A stretch of 64,000 bases of DNA from an uncultured Desulfobacter sp. (GTDB lineage: Bacteria > Desulfobacterota > Desulfobacteria > Desulfobacterales > Desulfobacteraceae). Shown one piece after another: positions 50,196-60,204 of this stretch. Within the stretch, counting starts at the first letter, position 1. Every line of letters begins with the position of its first letter. Position numbers and translations under genes: made by a program. Below the pieces are notes generated by a model. It was given only the letters and a program-made list of their open reading frames with translations. It was not told where the DNA came from and made no database searches. The stretch is from assembly GCA_963665095.1 (NCBI GenBank), contig OY762069.1:6368001-6432000 (forward strand), in the 5' to 3' direction.

Positions 50196-50378
50196 AAATC
50201 CTCCATCAATTGGTTATTATAAAGACTGCGAACCCATTGCTATTTCTTTTTCTAAAGTTCACAGCAAAACTCAACGTATGCCGCACTGCGGCTTTCCGGG
50301 TGGACGCCCTTTAAGTCGGATCGGCGCCCCTATATTAATGATGACAGGCCCCCGTGCTTCCCGCCACAGTTCCGCCGG

Positions 50379-50864
50379 TCACAAGATTGCCGTACCCCAG
50401 GTGAAATCATGTTTTCCATACTGCATGATCAATGACGTCTGAATGCTTACAATTCCGTCAATTTTGTTGATTTTACCATATATCAACTCTTCAAGATCTT
50501 CAAAGCAGGGAACAATAAAGTCGGCATCCACATCCGTTCCCCCGGTGGTCAGCACCACGTACCACAGCTCCTTGATCTCCATCAGGGCGTCCATGATCTC
50601 GTCTTTTTTCTTGATATCAATATTAATCTTAAGGTTGCCCACCACCTGGAACCCAAGATCAAAGGGGTTGCTCACGGCAACGATTTTAACAATCTTATCA
50701 TCCATGAGTCGTTTGAGCCTTGTTCTGACCGTGGATTCAGCAATCCCCAGATGTTTGGCAATGGCAGTATTGGCAATCCGCCCATCCTCCTGAAGCAGTC
50801 GGATCAGTTTGGCGTCCAGGGCGTCTATCTTATGCCCTCGGCTATTAATTACATTTTCGTTCAT
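50379..50864 (-). CDS. Lrp/AsnC family regulator
   Basis: IDALDAKLIRLLQEDGR, ESTVRTRLKRL, TTGGTD. Confidence 0.92.
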   Translation of the reverse strand: MNENVINSRGHKIDALDAKLIRLLQEDGRIANTAIAKHLGIAESTVRTRLKRLMDDKIVKIVAVSNPFDLGFQVVGNLKINIDIKKKDEIMDALMEIKELWYVVLTTGGTDVDADFIVPCFEDLEELIYGKINKIDGIVSIQTSLIMQYGKHDFTWGTAIL

Positions 50865-51065
50865 AAAATTTTCGTTTTTTTTAAGGTAATATTCCTGTAA
50901 ATTCGCATATATTTAAAACGACATTTACACTTTCCACTGTTTTTGTCAAATAATTTATTGACAAAAAATTGGCACTCCTCTATTTTTAAGTCCAAAAACC
51001 GGACAATATTGTTATATCACACACATCAAAAGGAAAAATTTACAAGCTTGTAAGGGAGAGTAGAC

Positions 51066-52415
51066 ATGGCTGATTATAAGGACGCTGTTCTCAAAGAATC
51101 ATCACGCGTATTGGATTACATTCTTAAAGAGACATTAACCACGGAAGACAAGGATCAGATCACCGAGGATTCTGTCGGCAACTTTAACAACCATGTCAAT
51201 CCGGGGTGGCTTAAATATCGTAAATCCGTATCCACGGACGCCACCTTTGTGGAGTGGGCCGATTCCCAGGAGACCTTCTGCGATACCTACGGCAATGAAT
51301 TTATAGACTGCCTCGGAGGCTTCGGCGTATACACCGCCGGCCACAGAAATCCTGAAATCGTGGCGGCTGTCCAGGCACAGCTCGGCCGTTATGCCCTGCA
51401 CAGCCAGGAGCTGGTGGATCCTTTACGGGGGTATCTTGCCAAACTGATGTCCATGTGCACCCCGGGGGATCTGCAATACGCCTTTTTCTGCAACGGCGGG
51501 GCCGAAGCTGTGGAAATGTCCCTGAAGCTGGCACGACTGGCAACAGGAAAGCATTATTACATCTCCACGGTCAACGGATTTCACGGCAAATCCATGGGCG
51601 CGGTTTCCGCCACGGGTAAAGGCATGTACAGAAAACCCTATCTGCCCATTATCCAGGGGGTTCAGCATGTGGCCTTTGGCGATGCCAAAGCCGCCGAAAC
51701 CGCTATTAAAAACCTGAAAGCCGTAGGTGAAACCGTGGCCGGCATGATCGTGGAGCCCATCCAGGGCGAGGCCGGCATCATTCTGCCCCCCGAGGGGTAC
51801 CTGGCCGAACTTCGGAAAATCTGCGACAAGCACAAGGTGGTCCTGATCTTCGACGAAATCCAGACCGGCATGGGCCGCACCGGCACCCTGTGGGCCTGTG
51901 AGGACGAAGGGGTAACCCCGGACATCCTGATCTTCGGCAAAGCATTCGGCGGCGGGGTCATGCCCATCACCGGTATTATTGCCAAGCCCTGGCTGTGGAC
52001 CGAGCAGCTCCAGGAAAATCCCTGGATTCTGGGATCTCCCACCTTTGGCGGCAATCCCTTAGCCTGCGCAGCCGCAATTGCCGCCATCAATTACACCATC
52101 AAAAGCGACCTGCCCGGCCAGATCAAGGAGAAAGGCGAATACATGATGGAAAAACTTTTAAAGCTCAAGGAGAAGTACGATATCCTGGTTGACGTCAGGG
52201 GTAAAGGATTTCTCATCGGGCTGGAATACAAGACCCCGGAAATCGGCTGGGCTGTATCCAAGGGCCTTTTTAAGCGCAAAATCATGACCGGCGGCACCTT
52301 GAACAATGCCAAGGTCAACCGGATCGAACCTCCGGGAATTCTCTCCTATGAGACCATTGACATCATCATCCTGCGTCTGGATGAAACCCTGGCCGAGGTA
52401 ACCGGGAAATTATAA
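51066..52415 (+). CDS. patA: Putrescine aminotransferase (class III PLP)
   Basis: HVNPGWLKYRKSV, FIDCLGGFG, HSQELVDPLR, DEIQTGMGRTG, KAFGGGVMP; closely follows the E. coli YgjG/PatA pattern. Confidence 0.9.
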   Translation: MADYKDAVLKESSRVLDYILKETLTTEDKDQITEDSVGNFNNHVNPGWLKYRKSVSTDATFVEWADSQETFCDTYGNEFIDCLGGFGVYTAGHRNPEIVAAVQAQLGRYALHSQELVDPLRGYLAKLMSMCTPGDLQYAFFCNGGAEAVEMSLKLARLATGKHYYISTVNGFHGKSMGAVSATGKGMYRKPYLPIIQGVQHVAFGDAKAAETAIKNLKAVGETVAGMIVEPIQGEAGIILPPEGYLAELRKICDKHKVVLIFDEIQTGMGRTGTLWACEDEGVTPDILIFGKAFGGGVMPITGIIAKPWLWTEQLQENPWILGSPTFGGNPLACAAAIAAINYTIKSDLPGQIKEKGEYMMEKLLKLKEKYDILVDVRGKGFLIGLEYKTPEIGWAVSKGLFKRKIMTGGTLNNAKVNRIEPPGILSYETIDIIILRLDETLAEVTGKL

Positions 52416-52528
52416 CCTTCAGGCAGCATTTTTTGCTGTCAGCTGTCGGCCTTTGGCGAAGTTTTTTGCCCAAGGCCGATTGCTGTATAAAAAGGACTGC
52501 CGCAATCATATTTGATAAAGAGGCTTGC

Positions 52529-54253
52529 ATGAATATCATCAGGGTCAACATGACCAGCGCAACCATATCACAGGAAACCGTGGAGCCTGCCTTTGTGGGT
52601 ATGGGCGGACGGGGGCTGACCTCATACACCGTGGCCACCGAGGTCCCGCCGGAGTGTGATCCTTTAGGACCTGACAACAAACTGGTTTTTGCTCCGGGCT
52701 TTTTTTCAGGAACGCCCTTGATCAATACCTCCCGTTTTTCCATTGGCGCCAAAAGCCCTTTAACCATGGGTATCAAGGAGAGCAATGTGGGAGGCACGGT
52801 GGCTGTGGATATGGCCAGGGCCGGTATCAGCGGCGTCATCGTGGAAGGACGCCCTGAAAAAGGGGCTGTCTATATCTTAAAAATCGATGCCGGGGGCCGG
52901 GCATGTCTGGTGGATGCCGCCCCATATTGGGGAAAACGCACCTATGAACTGGTGACGGCCCTGAAAAAAGATTTCGGCGACAACATCAGTGTCACCTGCA
53001 TCGGTCCTGCCGGGGAGCAGCAGCTGGCAGCCGCATCTGTCCAGTCCACCGACCTGGACGGCCGTCCCTGCAGGGCGGCGGGCCGGGGCGGTATGGGGGC
53101 TGTCATGGGCGCCAAGGGGCTTAAGGCCCTGGTGGTGGAAAGGGCCAAAGGATCAAGCCCGATCCAGGACAAAAAAGCATTTAAAGCAGGGGCCAAAATT
53201 TTTGCCAAAGCAGTAATGGATGATGAGTTCACAGGGCACGTCCTGGCGGAACTGGGTTCTGCCGTACTGGTGGAACCCATTAATGCGGCAGGGGCCTTTC
53301 CCACCCGAAATGCCCGGCAGGGGCAGTTTGAACTGGCGGAAAAGATCAGCGGCGAAACCATGACTGAACTGCTTAAAGCCCGGGGAGGCAGGTATAACCA
53401 CAAGGGATGTGCCGGATGCATTATCAACTGCTCCAATGAGTTTGTGGATGAGTCAGGGAACTATGTGACCTCTTCACTGGAATATGAAACCATCTGGTCC
53501 ATGGGCGGCATGCTGGGCAACGCAGATCTGGATTCCATTGCCCGGCTTGATTTTCTCTGCGATGATATCGGCCTGGACACCATGAGTACCGGGGTGGCTG
53601 TGGCTGTGGCCATGGATGCAGGGTATCGGGATTTCGGGGATGCCGCCGCCGCCATCGACCTTGTGGAACAGGTCGCCAGGGGCACTAAGTTCGGTAAAAT
53701 CCTGGGGAACGGTCCTGTGGCCGTGGGTCAATTTTTCAACCATGACCGGGTGCCGGTGGTCAAGGGCCAGAGCATTGCCGCATACGATCCCAGGGCCATC
53801 CAGGGCATGGCCGTCACCTATGCCACCAGCCCCATGGGCGGAGACCATACCGCCGGATTTGTGGTGGAATCCAATCTCGAAGCCTTTGGCGGGACCATGG
53901 ACCGGTTTTCCGCAGACGGCCAGGTGGAAAACTCAAGGGATACCCAGATCCACATGGTGATGGTGGACACGGTGGGCATCTGTGATTTTGCCCAGTCCGG
54001 ATTCGGAGCCCCCAACGGCCTGGATAATGTCTGCGCCATGGTTGCGGCCAAATCCGGCAAGCCCTTTACCGCTGAAGAGTGGCGGAAAACCGGTGAAAAA
54101 ATAATTTACATGGAAATTGATTTTAACCGGAAGGCCGGATTGACCCGTGAAAGCGACCGGCTGCCCAAAATGTTTTACACAGAACCGCTGCCGCCCCACA
54201 ACACAGTGGTTGTAATTTCGGATGAACAGATGGATACTGCATTTACCCGTTAA
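52529..54253 (+). CDS. Aldehyde:ferredoxin oxidoreductase (AOR family, W/Mo-pterin)
   Basis: KSPLT.GIKESNVGG, GRGGMGAVMGAKGLKA, CAGCIINC, EYET, DDIGLD, DTVGIC, DRLP; start at MNIIRVN. Confidence 0.93.
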   Translation: MNIIRVNMTSATISQETVEPAFVGMGGRGLTSYTVATEVPPECDPLGPDNKLVFAPGFFSGTPLINTSRFSIGAKSPLTMGIKESNVGGTVAVDMARAGISGVIVEGRPEKGAVYILKIDAGGRACLVDAAPYWGKRTYELVTALKKDFGDNISVTCIGPAGEQQLAAASVQSTDLDGRPCRAAGRGGMGAVMGAKGLKALVVERAKGSSPIQDKKAFKAGAKIFAKAVMDDEFTGHVLAELGSAVLVEPINAAGAFPTRNARQGQFELAEKISGETMTELLKARGGRYNHKGCAGCIINCSNEFVDESGNYVTSSLEYETIWSMGGMLGNADLDSIARLDFLCDDIGLDTMSTGVAVAVAMDAGYRDFGDAAAAIDLVEQVARGTKFGKILGNGPVAVGQFFNHDRVPVVKGQSIAAYDPRAIQGMAVTYATSPMGGDHTAGFVVESNLEAFGGTMDRFSADGQVENSRDTQIHMVMVDTVGICDFAQSGFGAPNGLDNVCAMVAAKSGKPFTAEEWRKTGEKIIYMEIDFNRKAGLTRESDRLPKMFYTEPLPPHNTVVVISDEQMDTAFTR

Positions 54254-54418
54254 TCCCGGCATACGGGCAGAAAGGAAGCTTTATAAGAAAGTCTGTGTAA
54301 CCCACTCAGATCTTTCAACCTTTGTTGTGGGCTGAGCCGGGCAGATGAGATGTCAGGTCAGTCTGTGGCTGTAAAAACCTTGGCCGGGGAATGAAACGCA
54401 ACCCTTAAAAGGAAGAGA

Positions 54419-54841
54419 GTGATGAAACTGATGGTCGGCTATTATGGACATGACCCGCAGGGAGCGTTAGAAGCTGCGGTTATCCAGCAAGCCCGGGCTT
54501 TAGATGCACAGGTGTTTCTGGTCACCAGCATGGAGATTGGTGAATCCGTTCCCAAAGAGGCGTTTGACAGGGCGGAAAGAAATCTGGCCCAGGGAAAAAC
54601 TTTTTTTGAGAGCAAAGGCATTGCGTGTGAAACCGTTCTGCTGGAAACAGGGCTTTCACCGGGGGAGGACCTGATCCAGTTTGCCAGGGAAGAGGAGATG
54701 GATCAAATCATTATCGGGGTGAGACGCCGCTCCAAGCTGGGCAAGTTGATTTTCGGCTCCAACTCCCAGTATGTGATTATGAATGCCCCCTGTCCGGTTC
54801 ACTGCGTCAATGAGGAAATAGAGGCGGACCCTGAATCATGA
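54419..54841 (+). CDS. Universal stress protein
   Basis: IIIGVRRRSKLGKLIFGSNSQYVIMNAPCPV. Confidence 0.9.
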   Translation: MMKLMVGYYGHDPQGALEAAVIQQARALDAQVFLVTSMEIGESVPKEAFDRAERNLAQGKTFFESKGIACETVLLETGLSPGEDLIQFAREEEMDQIIIGVRRRSKLGKLIFGSNSQYVIMNAPCPVHCVNEEIEADPES

Positions 54842-54866
54842 AACCGGTCATGGGCCGGGAAACATA

Positions 54867-55106
54867 ATGAAGGTAACGGTGAAACTTTTCGGCACCCTGA
54901 GATCCAGGGTGCCGCAATATGATGTGACGGCCGGCATTGACCTTGTCTTTGAAAATCCGGTCAATGTCCGGCAGATCGTGTCCCATCTGGGCCTGCCGGA
55001 AAAACAGATTGGGATTGTCACCATCAATGAGATTATGGCCAGGGCCGGGGATCCGGTGCCGGATAACGCCCTGGTTCGGATCTTTCAACCCCTGACCGGC
55101 GGCTGA
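54867..55106 (+). CDS. MoaD/ThiS-family sulfur carrier
   Basis: MKVTVKLFGTL start; C-terminal PLTGG; 79 aa. Confidence 0.88.
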   Translation: MKVTVKLFGTLRSRVPQYDVTAGIDLVFENPVNVRQIVSHLGLPEKQIGIVTINEIMARAGDPVPDNALVRIFQPLTGG

Positions 55107-55119
55107 GGCGGCCCTTCCC

Positions 55120-55989
55120 TTAAAAGCTTTCAATCAATTTTTGCAAAACAGCCGACTTTATGTGCGAACTCCAGACCGCTTTGATATAAATTTCAGGCAA
55201 GGGCTCTTTAACCTTGATGTACTTGATCTTCTGGTCAAAGCTTCCCTTTAAGAATTCCGGAGCAAAGGTAATTCCCATGCCGGTGGCCACGAGCAGCAAA
55301 GAGGTGTTCTGGACATCGGATTCATGACTGATAATGGGCCGGCATCCGGCTGCGGTGAAACAATTCATAAAATCATCGTACAAAAGGGGCTGGGTATTCC
55401 TGGGATACATGATGATCTTTTCCCCGTCCAGGTCGCTTAAGGAGACCCGCTTTCTTTTTGAAAAGCGGTGGCTGTTATGAACCGCCAGTAAATACCCGGA
55501 TCGAAGGACCGTGCGGGTTTCCATCCCAAAAAGCCTTCGCTTGTATGGCTGCAGAAAACCGATGTCAATCTCTCCGGATTTAATCTTTTCAATCTGTTCG
55601 TTGGAACTTAATTCGTTTAAGGCGATCACGGTTTGGGGATACCGGTCTTTAAATTTTCCAAGCAAGGTGACCAGGAACCCATCCATGATCATTTCAAGAA
55701 AGCCGATATGCAGCCGTCCCATCATTCCGCTTTGCACCTGTCTGGCCTTGTGAATGGAGTGATTCAGGCTCTCCATCAGGATGCGGACATCCTGAAAGAA
55801 ACTTTGACCCGCATTGGTCAGTTCAACATGGCGCCTGCTCCGGTCAAAGAGTGCAACACCGAGTTCCTCTTCAAGGTCCTTGATCTGCATGCTTAAGGGC
55901 GGCTGGGAAATACCCAGCCGTTTCGCGGCCCTGCGGAAATGAAGTTCTTCTCCCAGCACCAGAAAGTATTTTAAATGTCGAAGTTCCAT
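55120..55989 (-). CDS. LysR family regulator
   Basis: MELRHLKYF...LHFRRAAKRLGISQPPLSMQIKDLEEELG. Confidence 0.95.
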   Translation of the reverse strand: MELRHLKYFLVLGEELHFRRAAKRLGISQPPLSMQIKDLEEELGVALFDRSRRHVELTNAGQSFFQDVRILMESLNHSIHKARQVQSGMMGRLHIGFLEMIMDGFLVTLLGKFKDRYPQTVIALNELSSNEQIEKIKSGEIDIGFLQPYKRRLFGMETRTVLRSGYLLAVHNSHRFSKRKRVSLSDLDGEKIIMYPRNTQPLLYDDFMNCFTAAGCRPIISHESDVQNTSLLLVATGMGITFAPEFLKGSFDQKIKYIKVKEPLPEIYIKAVWSSHIKSAVLQKLIESF

Positions 55990-56000
55990 TGCCCCTCTCT

Positions 56001-56017
56001 GATATATATTTTATATC
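56001..56017. promoter_or_regulatory. LysR recognition box (T-N11-A dyad)
   Basis: GATATA-tattt-TATATC in the AT-rich divergent spacer. Confidence 0.6.
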
Positions 56018-56126
56018 TGTTTATATAAAAAAATATATTAGACAAATCAATATTCTTCTTATATGAAATTATTATGGTAGTGGAGCGCAACAAAAAAACC
56101 GCGTTCCTGTAAAGCATGAACCGGGC

Positions 56127-57266
56127 ATGATGGAATCATACCCAATTTTGACAGGAAATGCCGTGAATCCTAAGAGACAAGAGATCGCTATTCGGGTTGA
56201 GGAAGCGATAAAAGTATATGGTGAGCGAAAAAATAAGGTTATCGCATTAAACCAGGTATCCCTTGACATATTCGAGAATGAATTTTTCACCCTTTTAGGG
56301 CCGTCAGGTTGCGGGAAAACCACCCTGCTCAGACTGATTGCAGGGTTTGAGCACCCCACAACCGGAAAAATTTTTCTCCACAGCGACGATATCACCGCGA
56401 ATCCTCCGTTCAAACGAATGATCAATACGGTTTTTCAAAATTATGCCCTGTTTCCGCATATGACCGTGGCCGAAAACATTGCCTTTGGCCTTGAAATGCA
56501 GGGAAAACCCGACAAAGAGATCAAACAGACCGTTGGCCGGATGCTGGAACTGGTTAAAATGGAAGTGTTGCAAAACCGGCAGGTCAGCCAGATCTCAGGG
56601 GGCCAGCAGCAGCGGGTGGCCCTGGCCCGGGCGCTGGCGCCAAACCCCAAAGTACTGCTGCTTGACGAACCCCTGTCCGCCCTTGACCAGAAGCTTCGAA
56701 AAGAGATGCAGAGCGAACTCAAGCGGCTCCAGGGCGAAACCGGGATTACCTTCATCTTTGTCACCCATGACCAGGAGGAAGCCCTGACCATGTCTGACAG
56801 AATTGCTGTCATGAATGAGGGACAGATCCTGCAGATCGGCACCCCCCACGAAATCTACAGACAGCCGTCAGAACGGTTCGTGGCCGATTTCATCGGGGAG
56901 ACCAATTTCTTAAATGCCGAGGTGCTTGGCTGCGAAAACGGAATGGCCAGGCTGATGCTTGGATCGGGCAAGCAGGTGGAAACAAGGTTCAGGGAAGATT
57001 TTACCCCTGAAAAAAACGTGACCATTGTTGTCCGGCCGGAGCATGCCATGCTGGTTGAAACTGAAGAAGAGAGCCTGCTGAAAGGGCACCTGGTCAATTC
57101 AGTCTACTTTGGAACAGACATGCACCTGCATGTTGAACTGGAGAGCAAAGAGCCCTTCATGCTTCGGATTCAGAATAACCCGGACGACAAGGCAACCTTC
57201 CAGGATGCCGGGAAAGATATTTTCATCGGCCTGCAGAAAAACGCAGTCCAGATTTTAAGGGACTAA
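56127..57266 (+). CDS. Polyamine-type ABC ATP-binding protein (PotA-like, copy 2)
   Basis: [38 protein letters not shown]; start uncertain. Confidence 0.92.
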   Translation: MMESYPILTGNAVNPKRQEIAIRVEEAIKVYGERKNKVIALNQVSLDIFENEFFTLLGPSGCGKTTLLRLIAGFEHPTTGKIFLHSDDITANPPFKRMINTVFQNYALFPHMTVAENIAFGLEMQGKPDKEIKQTVGRMLELVKMEVLQNRQVSQISGGQQQRVALARALAPNPKVLLLDEPLSALDQKLRKEMQSELKRLQGETGITFIFVTHDQEEALTMSDRIAVMNEGQILQIGTPHEIYRQPSERFVADFIGETNFLNAEVLGCENGMARLMLGSGKQVETRFREDFTPEKNVTIVVRPEHAMLVETEEESLLKGHLVNSVYFGTDMHLHVELESKEPFMLRIQNNPDDKATFQDAGKDIFIGLQKNAVQILRD

Positions 57267-57268
57267 CC

Positions 57269-58210
57269 ATGAACCAGGATAATAAAGAGATCGTATCTGA
57301 CGCTTCTGTATTAACCGAACAAAGAAAAAAACAGACGCGGCAACGCTGGCTCATGCTGTCACCGGCACTGATCCTGCTGCTGCTTGCGGCCTCAGGGCCG
57401 TTGATCATTATACTGGTCTATTCCTTTCTGATGCCGGCAGATTACAGCGGGGTTGTCTGGCACTTCTCCCTGGACGGCTGGCGGGGGGTCATCTGGCAGA
57501 AGGATATTTTTACAGGCAGTGTCAGCCTGTCCGACGCGCATCTGCAAATCTTTCTGCGTTCCGTGAAGCTGTCGGTTTTTACCACCTTTTTAACCCTTAT
57601 CGTTGGGTTTCCCACGGCCTACTTCATTGCCACCCGGCCCCCCAAGAAACGCTCCCTGTGGCTTTTCCTGATTACCATTCCTTTCTGGACCAACCTTTTG
57701 ATCCGGACCTTTGCCATCATGGAGGTGATTCGAAACCAGGGCATATTAAACTCGCTGCTCATCCATTTCCATATCATTGATACGCCCATTCAGATCCTGT
57801 ATACGGATTTCGCCATTCTGGCCGGGATGCTCTATGTATACCTGCCGCTGATGGTGCTGCCCATATATGCCTCCATGGAGCGGTTTGACTTTAATCTGGT
57901 TGAAGCCGGATATGATCTTTACGCCGGCCGCTGGCAGACCATGAGACATATTATCCTGCCCCTGGTCAGGCCGGGGATTGTCGCAGGATCCATTCTTGTG
58001 TTCATCCCCTCCCTGGGTGCCTATGTGACCCCGCGGATTCTGGGGGGCGGCAAGAGTATGATGCTGGGCAATCTGATCGACCTGCAGTTCGGACAGGGCA
58101 ATAACTGGCCCCTGGGCGCGGCATTGTCTTTTTTCCTGCTCCTTTTGACCATGCTGTTTTTGTTTCTTTACACCCGTTTTACGTCAAAATCAGTGAAGTC
58201 CTATGGGTAA
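57269..58210 (+). CDS. Polyamine-type ABC permease (PotB-like, copy 2)
   Basis: IPFWTNLLIRTFA, EAGYDLYA, NWPLGAA. Confidence 0.9.
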   Translation: MNQDNKEIVSDASVLTEQRKKQTRQRWLMLSPALILLLLAASGPLIIILVYSFLMPADYSGVVWHFSLDGWRGVIWQKDIFTGSVSLSDAHLQIFLRSVKLSVFTTFLTLIVGFPTAYFIATRPPKKRSLWLFLITIPFWTNLLIRTFAIMEVIRNQGILNSLLIHFHIIDTPIQILYTDFAILAGMLYVYLPLMVLPIYASMERFDFNLVEAGYDLYAGRWQTMRHIILPLVRPGIVAGSILVFIPSLGAYVTPRILGGGKSMMLGNLIDLQFGQGNNWPLGAALSFFLLLLTMLFLFLYTRFTSKSVKSYG

Positions 58211-59021
58211 GTTCAAAAAAAGCCCCCGCAACTTTGACATCCGCCACCAGCATGGGTTTACCCCCATTGCCATTATCTGTTTTATTTTTTTGTACACCCC
58301 GATTTTCACCATGATGGCCTACGCCTTTAACCAGGGCGATTCCATTGCCCTGTGGGAGGGGGTGTCATTGCGCTGGTTTGTTTCCGCCTGGGCCAATGTA
58401 CAGGTCAAGGAGAGTGCCATCCGCTCCCTTGTCATTGCCTCCCTTGCCTCGGGTATTTCAACCATGGCCGCAACCATGGCGGCACTGGCCACCACGAGAA
58501 CAGAAAAATTCAAGGGGCAGAGTCTGGTTTATGCCATTATTAACCAGCCCCTGATGGTTCCCGAAATTGTGACGGGTGTAGCGTTGCTGATCTTTTTTGC
58601 CCTGATCAAAAGCATCACTGGTTACACAGGTCTTGGCTACCTTGTGATTGCCCACACCGCCTTTTGCATTCCCTTTGCCTACCTGCCCATCCGCGCAAGG
58701 CTGGAAGGTATGGACCTAAGTCTTGAAACCGCGGCTGCAGACCTTTACGCCACGCCCTGGAAAACCTTTAAGCGGGTTACGCTGCCACTGCTTTTTCCCG
58801 GAATTATGGCCGGTGCCATGCTGGCCTTTGTGATTTCCCTGGATGATGTGGTCATCACCGAGCTTGTAAAGTCTGCTGGCCAGGATACGCTGCCCACCTA
58901 TATGCTTGGGCAGCTGCGCCGGGCCATCACCCCGGAGATCAATGCCATTTCAACGGCCCTTTTGGGAATCACCGTTGTTATATTAACCCTGTTTTACTTT
59001 TTGAGCCGGAAATCAAAATGA
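58203..59021 (+). CDS. Polyamine-type ABC permease (PotC-like, copy 2)
   Basis: FLYTP, PLMVPEIV, ETAAADLYA, SLDDVVIT. Confidence 0.9.
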   Translation: MGKFKKSPRNFDIRHQHGFTPIAIICFIFLYTPIFTMMAYAFNQGDSIALWEGVSLRWFVSAWANVQVKESAIRSLVIASLASGISTMAATMAALATTRTEKFKGQSLVYAIINQPLMVPEIVTGVALLIFFALIKSITGYTGLGYLVIAHTAFCIPFAYLPIRARLEGMDLSLETAAADLYATPWKTFKRVTLPLLFPGIMAGAMLAFVISLDDVVITELVKSAGQDTLPTYMLGQLRRAITPEINAISTALLGITVVILTLFYFLSRKSK

Positions 59022-59104
59022 ACCGGGGCCAAAAGAGAAAAAAAAAAGAACAGCGTTTGCCTGAACATTGAAACCGTTATTTACATTTTTTAAAGGAGTA
59101 TGAG

Positions 59105-60139
59105 ATGAAATCAAGAGTGATCAGTATCATCACACTGCTATGCTGGCTGACCGCGCCATCATTTGTTATGGCCAAGGGAAAGCTGAACCTTTTTAACTGG
59201 GGCAACTACACCAACCCCAAACTCATTGAAAAGTTTGAAAAAGAGTTCGATGTGGAGGTGACCCTCACCGATTATGACTCCAACACCACTGCCCTGACCA
59301 AAGTCAAGGCCGGGGGCCACGGGTTTGATATTGTCTTCCCCTCAGCCAACTATATTCCTATTTTTGCCCGGGAAGGCCTGCTGATGGAGTCCCGCCCGGA
59401 CTTAATGCCCAACTTTAAAAATGTGGACCCGGTTTGGGTGGACGTCCCCTGGGATAAGGGAAGACATTATTCAGCGCCCTGGCAGTGGGGAACCACGGGG
59501 ATTGCGGTTAACAGGTCTGCTTATAAAGGGGATATCAACACCTCTGCCATCTTCATGGATCCGCCCAAGGAGCTGATCGGCAAGGTGAACGTTGTGCCTG
59601 AGATGAGTGATATCATTTCCCTGGCCATTATGTATGAAGGCGGCACCCCCTGCACAAATGATATGACCATATTAAAAAAGGTAAGAGATGATCTCATTGC
59701 AGCCAAGCCCAAATGGCTGTCCATGGACTACGGCACAACGGAAAAACTGATTAAAAACGACTATCTTGCCACAGTTAACTGGAACGGTTCCACCTTCCGC
59801 GCCCGGTTGAAAAATCCGGATGTCTGCTATGGGTATCCCAAAGAAGGCTACCCCTTGTGGATGGACAGTGCCGCCATTCTCAAGGATGCCCAAAACGTGG
59901 AGAACGCAAAGGCGTTTTTGAATTTTATCATGGACCCGGAAAATGCGGCCATGATTTCAAACTTTGCCCGTTATGCCAACGGTATCATGGGATCTGAAAA
60001 GTATATGGATGCAGATATGAGTGCCGCACCGGAGATTGTTATCCCGGAAGAGCACAAGAAGAACGGTGTGTTTCTTCCCACTTGTACGCCTGCCACAAAG
60101 AAGCTGTACTCAACCATCTGGACCGAACTGCTGAAATAA
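59105..60139 (+). CDS. Polyamine-type ABC substrate-binding protein (PotD/PotF-like, copy 2)
   Basis: LNLFNWGNY, YDSN, WQWGTTG, WNG, PKEGYPLWMDS. Confidence 0.9.
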   Translation: MKSRVISIITLLCWLTAPSFVMAKGKLNLFNWGNYTNPKLIEKFEKEFDVEVTLTDYDSNTTALTKVKAGGHGFDIVFPSANYIPIFAREGLLMESRPDLMPNFKNVDPVWVDVPWDKGRHYSAPWQWGTTGIAVNRSAYKGDINTSAIFMDPPKELIGKVNVVPEMSDIISLAIMYEGGTPCTNDMTILKKVRDDLIAAKPKWLSMDYGTTEKLIKNDYLATVNWNGSTFRARLKNPDVCYGYPKEGYPLWMDSAAILKDAQNVENAKAFLNFIMDPENAAMISNFARYANGIMGSEKYMDADMSAAPEIVIPEEHKKNGVFLPTCTPATKKLYSTIWTELLK

Positions 60140-60145
60140 CAGCCA

Positions 60146-60180
60146 TGGGCCCACCTGATCTCCCATGTCAGGTGGGCCCA
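60146..60180. other. Intercistronic hairpin after the binding-protein gene
   Basis: tgggcccacctga...tcaggtgggccca, 13-bp perfect stem without U-tract. Confidence 0.6.
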
Positions 60181-60204
60181 CAATAAATCAAGGAGAATAA
60201 CATT

